64,000 nucleotides of DNA from contig JBMRGM010000040.1 in the NCBI GenBank assembly GCA_052327205.1, positions 47,678,001 through 47,742,000 on the forward strand, written 5' to 3'. Each line of letters begins with the position of its first letter. Position 1 is the first letter of the stretch. A program made the translations under genes and the position numbers. Below the pieces are notes generated by a model. That model did not search any database. It saw only the letters and a program-made list of their open reading frames with translations, and was not told where the DNA came from. Source of the stretch: Somniosus microcephalus (taxonomy: Eukaryota). This document shows, piece by piece, positions 1 through 11,109 of the stretch.

Positions 1-1
1 A

Positions 2-934
2 GAGATCTGCCACCTGCTTCGCCGAGATCTGCGGCCAAAGCTCAGGTGCAGGACGCCTCTGTCGGTGGAAGTTAAGGTGACGGTGGCATTGAACTTCTAT
101 GCCACCGGCTCCTTCCAATACGCTGCTGGGGACATAGCAAACATCTCCCAGTATGGCGCGCATCGCTGCATCCGCCACGTGACCGAAGCACTGATCAGAA
201 GGAGAAGACAATTCATCTCCTTCCCCATGGCCCTCGAGAGCCAGCATCAGCGCGCATTGGGATTTGCCAGACTCGGGGAATTCCCCTTGGTGCAGGGCAC
301 CATTGACTGTGCGCATGTGGCTTTGCGGGCCCCTCTGCAGCATGGCGAGCAGTATCGCAACAGGAAGGGCTACCATTCTCTGAATGTGCAGCTGGTATGT
401 GACCACAAGCAGCGCATCATGGCAGTCAATGCCAGCTTCCCAGGCAGCAGCCACGATGCCTTTATCCTGCGGCAGAGTACTGTGCATGACATGTTCCAGG
501 CACAGCCTCCCCCAAGAGGATGGCTCATCGGGGACAAAGGCTATCCTTTGTGCACCTGGCTCATGACCCCGCTCCGCGCGCCCAGGACCGCTGCTGAAGA
601 GGCCTACAACGAGAGCCATCAAACCACCCGCAACATCATCGAGCTAACTATTGGGGTCCTCAAGCAGCGGTTCCGCTGCCTTGATCGCTCCGGAGGAGCT
701 CTCCAGTATTCGCCGGACCGGGTCTCCCAATTTGTGGTGGTTTGCTGCATGCTACACAACCTGGCTATCCGCAGGACTCAGGCACTGCCACCTGACGTTG
801 GACCAGCACCTCAGGAGGAGGAGCAGGAGGAGCATGAGGAGGAGGAGGAGGAGGAGGAGCAGGAGTACGTTCCCAGGAGGGAGCGACCAGGGCCAAGGGC
901 CGCACGACGCTACCTTATTACACGGTACTTCTAA
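2..934 (+). CDS. Harbinger DDE transposase (HARBI1-like), 5'-partial
   Basis: Frame is open from position 2. Motifs FYATGSFQ, GTIDCAHV, YRNRKGYHSLNVQLVCD, PGSSHDAFIL, LIGDKGYP, YNESH, IELTIGVLKQRFRCL, CCMLHN and an acidic tail; DDE residues are intact. Confidence 0.93.
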   Translation, partial: EICHLLRRDLRPKLRCRTPLSVEVKVTVALNFYATGSFQYAAGDIANISQYGAHRCIRHVTEALIRRRRQFISFPMALESQHQRALGFARLGEFPLVQGTIDCAHVALRAPLQHGEQYRNRKGYHSLNVQLVCDHKQRIMAVNASFPGSSHDAFILRQSTVHDMFQAQPPPRGWLIGDKGYPLCTWLMTPLRAPRTAAEEAYNESHQTTRNIIELTIGVLKQRFRCLDRSGGALQYSPDRVSQFVVVCCMLHNLAIRRTQALPPDVGPAPQEEEQEEHEEEEEEEEQEYVPRRERPGPRAARRYLITRYF

Positions 935-2684
935 GCCCCCTGTCAGGGAATGGCCAGGGGCCATGAGGGAAGATGAATGCAGCCGCTCCGCAAGCCCTCA
1001 GCCGGCGAAGCCAACAAACACTAAGAAGAACAACCATGGAGACTGCATGAATAAAGATAATTTTTTATTGCACAAAAATGAAAAGCCCTTCCCACATGAA
1101 TCCCCAAAAACAATAAACGGGCCCCACAAAAAGCCCAACAAACGACTCACTCCCACAAACTGGGGAGGAGCCACTCCAACTTTATTCAAATCGGGCCTCA
1201 ACGTCGGCCTAACGCAAAAAATAAACCCTTCAAAAGCACAACCATGGGCAAAATAAAGATGGCCACCGCCATATTAAAGGAAAGCTGCCCACACCCTCTA
1301 CTGAGTGGCCTGCGAGGGCGAGACCTTGGCCAGCATTTTGCCTCCCCTGCCCGGCCTGCTGCTCCTTCGCAAGCTCTGCCCAGTGGCTGCTGCGAGGCTG
1401 GGGGAAGGCGCCTGAGGCTCAGATGCCCTTCCGCCAGATGCCACTGGGGGGCGGCCTACATGGCGTTTGGGCCTCGAGGGGCCGTCTGCTGAGTGGCGCA
1501 CCTGAGCCTGGCCACCATCAGCTGAAGCCGCTTGCCGTTGACGCCCCAGAAGGGGAATGGCGGCGACGGATGGCGCAATGTGGGCCAGCTGGCGTCTGGG
1601 ATGCGCTGGCTGGTGCTCTGGCGCGGTGGCACTCGGCCGGGCCCGCACTGCAGGATCCGCAGCAATCAGCCGACGGGCGGCTTGCTGGGATGGTCCAGCG
1701 CGGCGCCTGCCCTGGCGATGCCTGCCTGAGACAGCGCGTGTGGCAGCAGTGAGTGGTCCTGTGGTCCTGGTGTGCGCGCGCATCACATCCGCCAGGGTCT
1801 TGACGGCATCAGTCAGCATGCGGCCACTCGCGGCAGTTGCTGCCCCGAACTCGCGCACACTGGTCGCCAGCGACTCGATGGCCTCAGGCATGCGCCCCAC
1901 CACGCTCATGAGCTCCGTGTGGCGCTGGTCCGAGTCGTCGGCCATCTTATCCAGCTTCCGCACCTCCTCCGAAGTGAAGGTGTCCGGACTGGTGTCGCGA
2001 CTCTCCCGCTGGGGAGGAGGGGGCCGAACTAGGTGACCCTTGCCGCGTTGGTGACGGCGAGTGTGCCGAGCAGCAGCACTCCCCTCTGATCCTTCCCCCC
2101 TTTGGGGGGAAGGCCGCGGGCCACGCGCACGGCTGCTGGGTGGCTGGACGCCACTGGTCCCAGAAGCTGCATTGCCCTGCGACAGTTCCTCCAGGCACTC
2201 GTCCAGTGAGGAGATGTCAAGCATTTCCTCCTCTCCTGCGGGACGTGACTGTTCCCCCGAAGGTCCGGCTTGCTCCTCCTCCTCCTCCTGGTCGGAGGTG
2301 GTGTCACTGGCAGCTTCAGGGTCCTGGTCGTCACCAGCTGAAAGCAGGAATGCACAAGAGTAGCTTCAGAGTGAGGAGAAGGCATCAGCGAGGGAGTTAG
2401 GACTGGTGGGATTCAGCGCATTGGTGGGACAGTGGCAAAGGAGGTAGCTCGGATGGGCCAGTGCGACGCGAGAGGGCCAAAAGGCGAGGTCCTTACCATT
2501 GCCGGGCAGTGGAGGGTCGGATACACCGCACGCTGTGGGGACAATCACACGGGCTCCCATGAGCACACACACGCGCTCCTCCAGCTGAGTGAGCTTCTGC
2601 AGCTTGGCGCGGCCACCCCTGGCACGGGCCTGGTGATTAAACGCTACTTTAGCCTGCAAGAGAAAGGACGGGCTGTAAGTGCGC

Positions 2685-2954
2685 AGTGAAGCCCTGATGT
2701 AGTGTGCACTGCCTCCCATGGTGGAATAGCTTGGACAGAGTGAAGCCCTGATGTAGTGTGCACTGCCTCCCATGGTGGAATAGCTTGGAAAGAGTGAAGC
2801 CCTGATGTAGTGTGCATTGCCTCCCATGGTGGAATAGCTTGGACAGAGTGAAGCCCTGATGTAGTGTGCACTGCCTCCCATGGTGGAATAGCTTGGACAG
2901 AGTGAAGCCCTGATGTACTGTGCACTGCCTCCCATGGTGGAATAGCTTGGCCAA
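2685..2954. repeat. 54-bp minisatellite x5 in Myb-gene intron 1
   Basis: Unit AGTGAAGCCCTGATGTAGTGTGCACTGCCTCCCATGGTGGAATAGCTTGGACAG repeats; overlapping ORFs show 18-aa periodicity. Confidence 0.95.
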
Positions 2955-3283
2955 AGTGTAGAGTGCCGAATGGCCATTTGATGCTCATGACTGTCCCAAT
3001 GCTGCTGGCTGAGGGCTGGCCAATAGGACTTTCAGGTCCCTTTGCCCATCATGTCAGGTGTACATGCAAGAATGAGGAGGAGACTGGAAAGGCTACTCAC
3101 CTTCACAATACTGGTCAGGTCGTTGTATTTCTTACGGATTGTTTGTGGTTCCTGGGGGCCTCGCCGGTGAACGTCACCCTCTGGGCGATCTGCTTCCAGG
3201 CTTTGGTGTAGTCATGGTGGGTTGGATTCCTCCCACTCTCTGGAAACAAGATCTTGCGCCTCACCTCCAGAGCTGTGACCATT

Positions 3284-3966
3284 GGCCTAGAAATTGGGTT
3301 TTGGCGCAGCAACGGCTTTAGCGCCGGAAGTTAGTGCCAGAGCTAAGTCGCGCTGGTCGGGCCAAAAATTCACTACTTCTGCGCCCAAACGGCTGCCGGC
3401 GTTGCTGAAAGCTGTTAGCGCCTGAAAACTGGCGCTATGCGCTGAATTTCGGCGCTATTCCGGCGCTGCGGCGCCCGCAGCGGTGCGGCAGGTTCGGGAA
3501 GTGCAGGCCTCCTCCTTCCCTTAAGGAGGGCCTGCCTGCACCCGGCCGCGGCCCGCGATAATCTTATTAAAAACGAGCCCGGCACCTCGGACAAGTGCCG
3601 GGCTTGCTTCTGTTCCGGGGGGGGGGGGGAAGTCCGGGGAGGGAGCTGCGGCCAGGCGGGCGGCGGGAAAGCGGCCGGCCGCCGCGGGGCCTTTAATGCG
3701 CCGGCGCAAACTTGTGCAAGGCACCTCTGCCAGAATGTTGCTTGCGGCTGCCACGGGCGAGGCGGCCGCAAGTCAATTTGCCAGTTTGGGCGGGTTACCA
3801 TGGCAACCGGGACGCTGCGCACACCGATGACGTCATCGGTGCCGGTGCAGCGCTACCGGTCTACCGTGGCAGAAGGGCCCCAGGCAATTTAGGCGCCGGC
3901 GCCAATTGCAGCACTAGGCCCTCTAGCGCCGCAAAATCGGCGCTAAGGGCACTGAATTTCTAGGCC
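3284..3966. mobile_element. Non-autonomous Harbinger element (MITE), 683 bp
   Basis: Perfect 12-bp TIRs GGCCTAGAAATT (3284-3295) and AATTTCTAGGCC (3955-3966). 3-bp TSD ATT at 3281-3283 and 3967-3969. GC-rich interior with many (TA)GCGCC motifs. Confidence 0.92.
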
Positions 3967-4385
3967 ATTATGTCCAGATCACCCTCTGAGAAGCGCAGGG
4001 CACGCTGACGGGCCTTCTCTGGCGTTGCCATGACTCCCTGGGGCTGAGCAGCAGTGTTGAGGCCTCTTTGCAAGGCTGCAGTGTGCAGGGCGTGGCAGCA
4101 GACCAATTCGTCCCTTCCCCCTTTAAGAGCTGGACGGCACCACGGGGTCTGCTGTCAGTGCAAAAATGACCGCACCCGCGCTGCGCCCCGCCTGGGCTCT
4201 ATCCCTCTGGACCGCCGGCTTAGCGCCTAAAGGTAGGAGTGGAACGCCTCTTTTAGCGCTCCACCACTCTCTTAGGGCGAAGCCACTGAATTTCCAGCAA
4301 CGGGGCGCTACTTTGGGGCAGGCGCTAACTTCGGGCGGGCGCTAAGGTTCGCGCCCCAAAACTGTCTATACTGAAAATCTAGCCC

Positions 4386-7290
4386 TGTATGTCCAAAACA
4401 TATTTGAAAGTTCTTTATCTGAATGCACGTAGCATTCGTAACAAAGTGGTGGAGTTGACGGCTCAAATAACTACATATGGGTATGATCTTGTGGTCATTA
4501 CAGAAACATGGCTGCAGGGTGACCATGACTGGGAATTAAACATACGAGGATATTTAACAATCAGGCAGGACAGGCAGGAAGGTAGAGGCGGTGGGGTGGC
4601 TATGTTAATAAAGGAAGGAATCATTGCAATACAGAGGAATGATATTGGGTCAAAGGATCAGGATAATGAAACAGTTTGGGTGGAGATAAGGAATAACAAG
4701 GGGAAAAAACACTAGTGGGCGTAGTCTATAGGCCTCCTAACAGAATGCAACTCTGTTGGACGGAGTATTAATCAGGACATAGTTGGGGCTTGTAATAAGG
4801 GAACAGCTATAATTATGGGGGATTTTAACTTTCATATTAACTGGACGAATCAAATTGGGCAGGGCAGTCTTGAGGAAGAGTTCATTGAGTGTATTAGGGA
4901 TGGGTTTCTTGAGCAGAATGTAATTGAACCGACCAGGGGGCAGGCGATATTAGATCTGGTCCTGTGTAATGAGACAGGATTAATAAAGAATGTCCTATTA
5001 AAGAGTCCCCTTGGAACGAGTGACCATAACATGGTTGACTTCCATATTCAATTAGAGGGTGAGAAGGTTGGAACTCAAACAAAAGTACTGAGCTTGAATA
5101 AAGCAGACTATGAAGGTATGAGAACGGAATTGATTAGAGTGGACTGGTAAAATGGATTAAAGGGTGAGACGGTACATGATCAGTGGTGTACATTCATGGA
5201 GTTATTTTACAACTTTCAAAAAATATATATTCCACTGAGGAAAAAAGGGTGCAAAAGAAGAGACAGCCATCAGTGGCTAAGTAAAGTAATAAAGGATAGT
5301 ATCCGACTAATAACAAGGGCATATAAGGTAGCCCAATCTAGTGGGAGGATAGAAGATTGGGAAGTCTTTAAAAGACAGCAAAAAATAACTAAAAGATTGA
5401 TTAAGAAAGGGAAAATAGATTATGAAAGTAAATTAGCTAAAAATACAAAAACATATAGCAAGAGTATCTCTAGTTATATAAAATGAAAACGTGTGGCTAA
5501 AGTAAATGTTGGTCCCTTAGAGGATGAGACCGGGAAGTTAATGGTGGGAAACATGGAGATGGCAAAAACGCTGAACAAATATTTTGTATCAGTCTATACA
5601 GTAGAGGACACTAAGAATATCCCAACACTGGGCAAACAGGGGGCTCTAGGGGAGGAGGAGCTAAATCCGATTAAAATCACTAAGGAAGTAGCACTCGGTA
5701 AAATAGGGACTTAAGACGGAAACATCCACTGGACCTGTTGGCTTACATCCTAGGGTCTTGAGGGAAGTGGCGGTAGGGATTGTGGATGCATTGGTAATAA
5801 TTATCCAAAGCTCCCTGGACTCAGCAAAGGTCCTGGCAGATTGGAGAACTGCTAAAGTAACACCCTTATTTAAAAAGTGTAATAGACAGAAGGCTGGAAA
5901 CTATAGACCAGTTAGCCTAACATCTGTGGTTGGTAAAGTTTTAGAGTCGATTTTTAAGCAGACAGTAACGGGGCATTTGGATAAACATAATTTCATAGGA
6001 CAAAGTCAGCCTGGTTTTACGAAGGGGAAGTCATGTTTGACAAATTTGCTTGAGTTCTTTGAGGACGTAGCATACAGGGTGGATAAAGGAGGACCAGTGG
6101 ACGTAGTGTATTTAGACTTCCAAAAGGCATTTGACAAGGTGCCACATGAATGTTTATTGCGCAAGATAAAAATCATTGGATTGGGGGTGATATTCTGGCA
6201 TGGGTGGAGGATTGGCTCTCTAATAGAAAGCAGAGAGTTGGGATCAATTGTTCATTCTCAGACTGGCAATCAGTAACTAGTGGTGTTCCGCAGGTGTCAG
6301 TGCTGGGACCCCAACTTTTTATTATCTATATTAACGATTTGGAAGAAGGGACCGTGTGTAACATATCAAAGTTTGCAGATGATACAAAGATGGGAGGGAA
6401 AGTAGTGAGTGAGGAGGACATAAAAAACCTGCAAAGGGACATAGACAGGCTAAGTAAGTGGGCAGAGATTTGGCAGATGGAATACAATACTGGAAAGTGT
6501 GAATTTTTGCACTTTGGCAGGAAAAATCATAGAGCAATTTATTATCTTAATGGCAAGAAACTGGAAAGTACTGCGGTACAAAGGAATCTGGGGGTCTTGG
6601 TGCACGAAACAAAAACAGTTAGTATGCAGGTGCAGCAGATGATCAAGAAGGCCAATGGAATGTTGGCTTTTATTCCTAGGGGGATGGAATATAAAAACAG
6701 GTAGGTATTGCTGCAGTTGTACAAGGTATTGATGAGACCACACCTGGAATACTGCATACAGTTTTGGTGTCCATACTTAAGAAAATACATACTTTCTCTC
6801 AAGGCAGTACAAAGAAGTTTGACTCGGTTAATCCCGGTGGTGAGGGGGTTGACATATGGGGACTCTACTCATTGGAGTTCAGAAGAATGAGAGGCGATCT
6901 TATTCAAACATAAAAGATTGTGAAGGGGCTTGATCGGGTGGATGCGGTGAGGATGTTCCCAATGATGGGTGAAACTAGAACTAGTGGCCATAATCTTAGA
7001 ATAAGGGGCTGCTCTTTCAAAACTGAGATAAGGAGAAACTTCTTCACTCAGAGGGTGGTAGGTCTGTGGAATATGCTGCCCCAGAGAGCTGTGGAAGCTA
7101 CATCATTAAATAAATTTAAAACAGAAATAGACAGTTTCCTAGAAGTAAGGGGAAATAGGGGTTACGGGCAGCGGGCAGGAAATCGGACATTAGGCTAGGT
7201 TCGGATCAGTCATGGCCCTGTGTGTGGTGGAGCGAGCCCAGGGGCTGTGTAGCCTGGTCCTGCTCCTACTTCTTGTGTTCTATTTCTGTG
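4386..7290 (+). mobile_element. CR1 LINE ORF2 (APE endonuclease + RT) and 3' tail, degenerate
   Basis: YLNARSIRNK, VITETWL, GDFNF, SDHN, NYRPVSLTSVVGK, YLDFQKAFDKVPH, GVPQVSVLGP, KFADDTK, RNFFTQRVV; several stops and frameshifts. Confidence 0.95.
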
Positions 7291-7294
7291 TTAG

Positions 7295-7705
7295 ATTTCA
7301 GGAGATGGTTCTATTCACAGGGATTAGTGGAGACCTCGGGAACAGGCTGCCAGCTAGGAGACCTTCAAGAGTAAATTGGGCTTGTTCCTGGCTGGGGTGG
7401 AGATCACCTCTTACAGAAGGTAAGTACTTTATGAAATACAGGGACACAGTGACCTCCTGGACGAGTTTCGATCGCCTCGATGGGTCGGAGAGTAATTTCC
7501 CAGATTTTTTCTTCCAAATTGTCACGTTGGGGTTTTTATCTGGTTTTACGACTCTCCCGGGTGATCACATGGGTTCGGGTGGGATGGAGAGTAAAAATAG
7601 ATTTGAGGTTTGGATCAGATCAGCCATGATCTTATTCAATGGCGGAGCAGGCTCGAGGGGCCGATTGGCCTACTCCTGCTCCTATTTCATATGTTCTTAT
7701 GTTTA
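7295..7705 (+). repeat. Probable LINE 3' fragment followed by a CR1 3' tail
   Basis: 7605-7705 is the GATCAGCCATGATC...GGCTCGAGGGGCC...CCTACTCCTGCTCCTATTTC tail seen at other CR1 ends here. 7295-7600 looks repeat-like but is unclassified. Confidence 0.5.
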
Positions 7706-7711
7706 ACTTTC

Positions 7712-8302
7712 GGCAGTGCAGTGCTCCTACAGAACTGCCACTTCGACACTGCCACGTTCCCTCAGTACTGCTCCACTGACAGTCGGGCACTCCCTCAGTA
7801 CCAACTTCCGACAGTGCTCCCTCATTATTACCACTCCGACAGTGCGGCACTTACTCAGTACTGCCCCTCTGACAGTGCAGCGCTCCCTCAGTACTGCCCC
7901 TCTGCCAGTGCAGCGCTCGCTCTGTACTGCCCCTCCGACAGTGCCGCGCCCCCTCAGTGCTGCCCCTCTGATAGTGCAGCGTTCCGTCAGTACTGCCCAT
8001 TCAACAGTGCAGCACTCGCCATGTACTGCCCATCTGAAGTATAGCACTCATTCTGTACTACCCCTCTGACAGTGCTGTGTTACGCAGTACTGCTCCTCCA
8101 ACAGTGCATCCCTCCCTCAGTATTGACCCTCCGACAGTGCTATGTTCCACAGTACTGGTCCTCCGACAGTGCAGCGCTCCCTCAGTGCTGCTCCTGCGAC
8201 AGTGCAGCGCTCCCTCATTACTGGCCCGGTGGAGTTTTATCCCTGGATTTTGTGGCCAAAACCACGACCTTCTAACTCAGAGGCAAGAGTTACCCACTGA
8301 GT
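7712..8302 (-). mobile_element. tRNA-headed SINE with an internal ~33-bp segment expanded into a minisatellite
   Basis: Reverse complement of 8250-8302 resembles a tRNA-like SINE head. About 15 copies of CAGTGCAGCGCTCCCTCAGTACTGCCCCTCCGA lie at 7712-8225. Confidence 0.65.
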
Positions 8303-8694
8303 TCTGTCTGACAAACACCGTATAATATGGAACAATATAACACAGCTCTCCACAACCAAGTTTTGTACAGTGTTAAGCGCAATGTAACATGCTATAGCGC
8401 TCTGCACTATAGGAGCGTACAGTGCAGCACAGAATAGCGGTAGAAATGTTAAAGTGCAGAGCTTGAAGATTCACTGGTCCAAAATAGGCTACGCCAGCGC
8501 GGGGTAAGTAAAGTGCAGAACAGTCATTCTGGCATGGTTTAATCTGCAGCAGTACTGTTCAATAACCTGTGGGCCGGTCAGTCTGTCGGGTGCAGGAACA
8601 ATGAAACAAAGACAGCAGGATTTTTTTTATCTTTGAGAGCTTCTTCTGTGCTGATCAAGGCGAAGTATGTCAATGCTCGGAAAGGAATAAACCC

Positions 8695-8970
8695 AACTTT
8701 ATACCCAGTGTTAGCACCGAGTGCTCCCAGGGCACGGGTTAGGTACAGTAAAGAGCCACCACTACATTGCTGCAACAGCAAGTCCCCCACATTATATCCT
8801 GTGTCAGCATCAAGCTGTCCAAGGGCAGGTACACCACGGGTTATATGCAGCGTGGAGCTCCCTCTACATTACCCTGACAGTGTCCAGCACTTTATAGCCA
8901 GTGCCAGCATTGAGCGCTCCCAGGGCAAGTACAGCATGGGTTAGATACAGTTTAGATTTCCTACTACATT
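8695..8970. repeat. Degenerate interspersed repeat (CTCCCAGGGCA...GGGTTAGATACAG type)
   Basis: Three diverged copies here and a related copy at ~29420-29487. Confidence 0.55.
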
Positions 8971-9514
8971 ACATAGAGTAAAGTGTATTTAAAGGCACAG
9001 GCCACCAGGGCCAGAGGTGCAAATCCTCTATCCAGGGTGGGTTTTGGGGAGAGGGTGGGGTTTGGGGAGATGCGTTGACTGAAGTCTCCCCCCCCACCCG
9101 TCCGAAGGCGATTTCTTCGGGCAGCGTGGAAAGTCTTTGATCAGTTTGAAAAATGCTCATGCCTCTAACCGTTTCCACTTAGCACTTTGATCCCGGGCGG
9201 TCGGTCAAAGTTGCATGTCGGTCGTGAGATCCAGGCCGGATCAGATCATCGCCCCTCCCCTCCCCCCACCAGAACAACATGAGAGGACGGGGATAGAAGA
9301 ATGGGCGAGGATGACAGGGCCACATTTGCCCCCGCACCCCCACCACGCTCCAGATAATCTGCCCTCTCAGTTTGGGGCCGGGCACCATTAAACGGATGAG
9401 GGGATGTAGCGAAAGTCAGCCTCCACAGAGTGGGACAGGAGTCATGTATAGGTCGCAGCGTGTGGTTTGGGTGGAAACGGCAGATTCCGTTCCCTTGAAC
9501 AACAAATCAGACAG

Positions 9515-10170
9515 GATCTAACTGAATGATGGAACAGGTTCGAGTGGCTGAATGGGCCTCCGCCTGTTCCTGTGCAATGGGCTTGCGGGGCTGAATGGCC
9601 ACCTCCTGTTCCTGTGTAATGTGTTCAAGAAGCTAATTGGCCTCCTATTGCAGTGCAACAGGTTCCAGGGATTGAATGGCTACCTGTTCCTGTGTACCAG
9701 GCTTGCGGGGCTGAATGGGCCTTCTCCTGTTCCTGTGCAGCGGGCTCAAAGCAGCTGAATGGGCCTACTCCTGTTACTGGGTAACGGGCTCGATGGGCTG
9801 AATATCCTCCTGTTCCTGTGTAACAGGCTCGAGGAGCTGAATGGCCTCCTCCAGTTCCAGTGTATCAGGCTCGAGGATCTGAATGTCCTCCTCCTGTTCC
9901 TGTGTAGCAGGCTCGATGGGATGAATGGCCTTTTTCTGATCCAGTGAAACATGCTCGAGGGGGTGCTAAGTGGCCTCCTCCTGTTCCTGTGTAATGGTCT
10001 TGTGGGGGGCTGAATGGCCTCCTGCTGATTCTGTGTCACATGCTCGAGGGGCTGAATTCCTCCTCCTGTTCCTGTGTAACGGGCTCCAGGAGGTAAATTC
10101 GCTTCCTCCTGTTCCTGTGTAATGGGCTCGAGGGTCTGAATGGGCTTCCTGCTCTTCCTGTGTAACAGTT
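9515..10170 (+). repeat. ~42-bp minisatellite derived from the CR1 3' tail
   Basis: About 15 copies of AACAGGCTCGAGGGGCTGAATGGCCTCCTCCTGTTCCTGTGT; the same motif ends CR1 copies elsewhere in the window. Confidence 0.85.
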
Positions 10171-10177
10171 TCATCAC

Positions 10178-10272
10178 ATGGACTGCAGCGGTTCAAGAAG
10201 TGCGCTCACCACCACCTTCTCAAGGTCAATTAGGGATGGGCAATAAATGCTGGTCTTGCCAGTGACGCCGAG
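10178..10272 (+). repeat. Short LINE/SINE 3'-terminal fragment
   Basis: GGACTGCAGCGGTTCAAG...CACCACCACCTTCTCAAG...GGGCAATAAATGCTGG, recognised as a retroposon tail; family uncertain. Confidence 0.45.
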
Positions 10273-10299
10273 AATGATTTTTAGAAAATCACACTTTAG

Positions 10300-11080
10300 T
10301 CCTTGGCTGGAATAATGCATCCCACTTCTGGGCTCCACCCTCAGGAAGGATGTCAAGGCCTTCGAGCGGGTGGTGGAGAGATACCAGAATGGTGCCAGGA
10401 ATGAGGGATTTTAGTCATGTGGAGAGACTTGAGGGGCTGAGATTGTTCTCCTTAGAGCAGAGATGGTTGAGAGGAAATTTAATAGTGGCGTTCAAAATCA
10501 TAAAGGGATTTGATAGAATAAATAAGGAGCAACTGTGTCCACTGGCTGGAGGTTCGGTAATCAGAGGACACAGATTCATGATTTTTTTGAAAAGAACCAG
10601 AGGGGAATTGAGGAGAATCATTTTACGCAGCGAGTTGTAATGATCGGGGATGCACTGCCTCAAGGGGCAGTGTAAACAGATTCAACAGCAACTTTCAAAA
10701 GTGAATTGGATAAATATTTGCCGGGGCATGGGGAAAGAGCAAGCATCAGGGAGTGGGAATAATTGGATAACTCTACCAAAGAGTCAGCATTGGCTTGATG
10801 GGCTGAATGGCCGCCATCTGTGCAGTATCATTCTAGGATTCTAATGGTAATGAAAGATTGAACAGGCTGGGGCTCTTTCCTCAAAAAGAAAGAAGGATGA
10901 GGGGTGACCTGATGGAGGTCTTTATGTTTATGAAAGGTTTTGATGGGGAAGACGTAGAGAGGCTGTTAACACTTGTAGAACTAGGGGCAATCAATATAAG
11001 ATAGTCCTTAATACTACCTGTAGGAAATTCAGGAGAAACATCATTAGCCAGAGAGTGGTGACAATATAAAGTGTAACATT
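10300..11080 (+). mobile_element. CR1 3' fragments
   Basis: ERLEGLRLFSLEQRWLRGNLIVAFKIIKGFDR-type C-terminus; a second fragment starts at ~10850. Confidence 0.8.
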
Positions 11081-11109
11081 GTATAATTGCTTTAATTGAC
11101 AAGCCACCC

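Larger units (their letters stand above)
1298..4031 (-). pseudogene. Harbinger Myb/SANT-like DNA-binding protein gene with 3 exons (4031-3101 split by the MITE; 2653-2497; 2337-1298), disrupted
   Basis: Removing the MITE restores MATPEKARQRALRFSEGDLDIMVTALEVRRKILFPESGR...KAWKQIAQRVT. GT-AG sites: donor GTGAGT at 3100, acceptor TTGCAG at 2654, donor GTAAGG at 2496, acceptor TTTCAG at 2338. Exon 3 is in phase with ORF 1298-2224. There is a 1-nt frameshift near Q(C)RKKYNDL at ~3137. Confidence 0.85.
1..4385 (+). mobile_element. PIF/Harbinger DNA transposon, right portion (left end lies outside the window)
   Basis: Transposase on + and Myb/SANT-like gene on - are convergent. Terminal CTGAAAATCTAGCCC (4371-4385) resembles the nested MITE end CTGAATTTCTAGGCC. 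Subterminal GGCGCTA/TAGCGCC motifs at ~4200-4360. CR1 ORF2 sequence follows immediately. Confidence 0.9.

Noticed and set aside
2-934. Domesticated host gene HARBI1 (or NAIF1 for the Myb gene)
   Set aside because: The convergent Myb partner, a TIR and insertion into a CR1 show this is a transposon copy.
3415-3963. ORFs and CpG-island appearance in the GC-rich block
   Set aside because: They lie wholly inside the TIR/TSD-bounded MITE and have no protein motifs.
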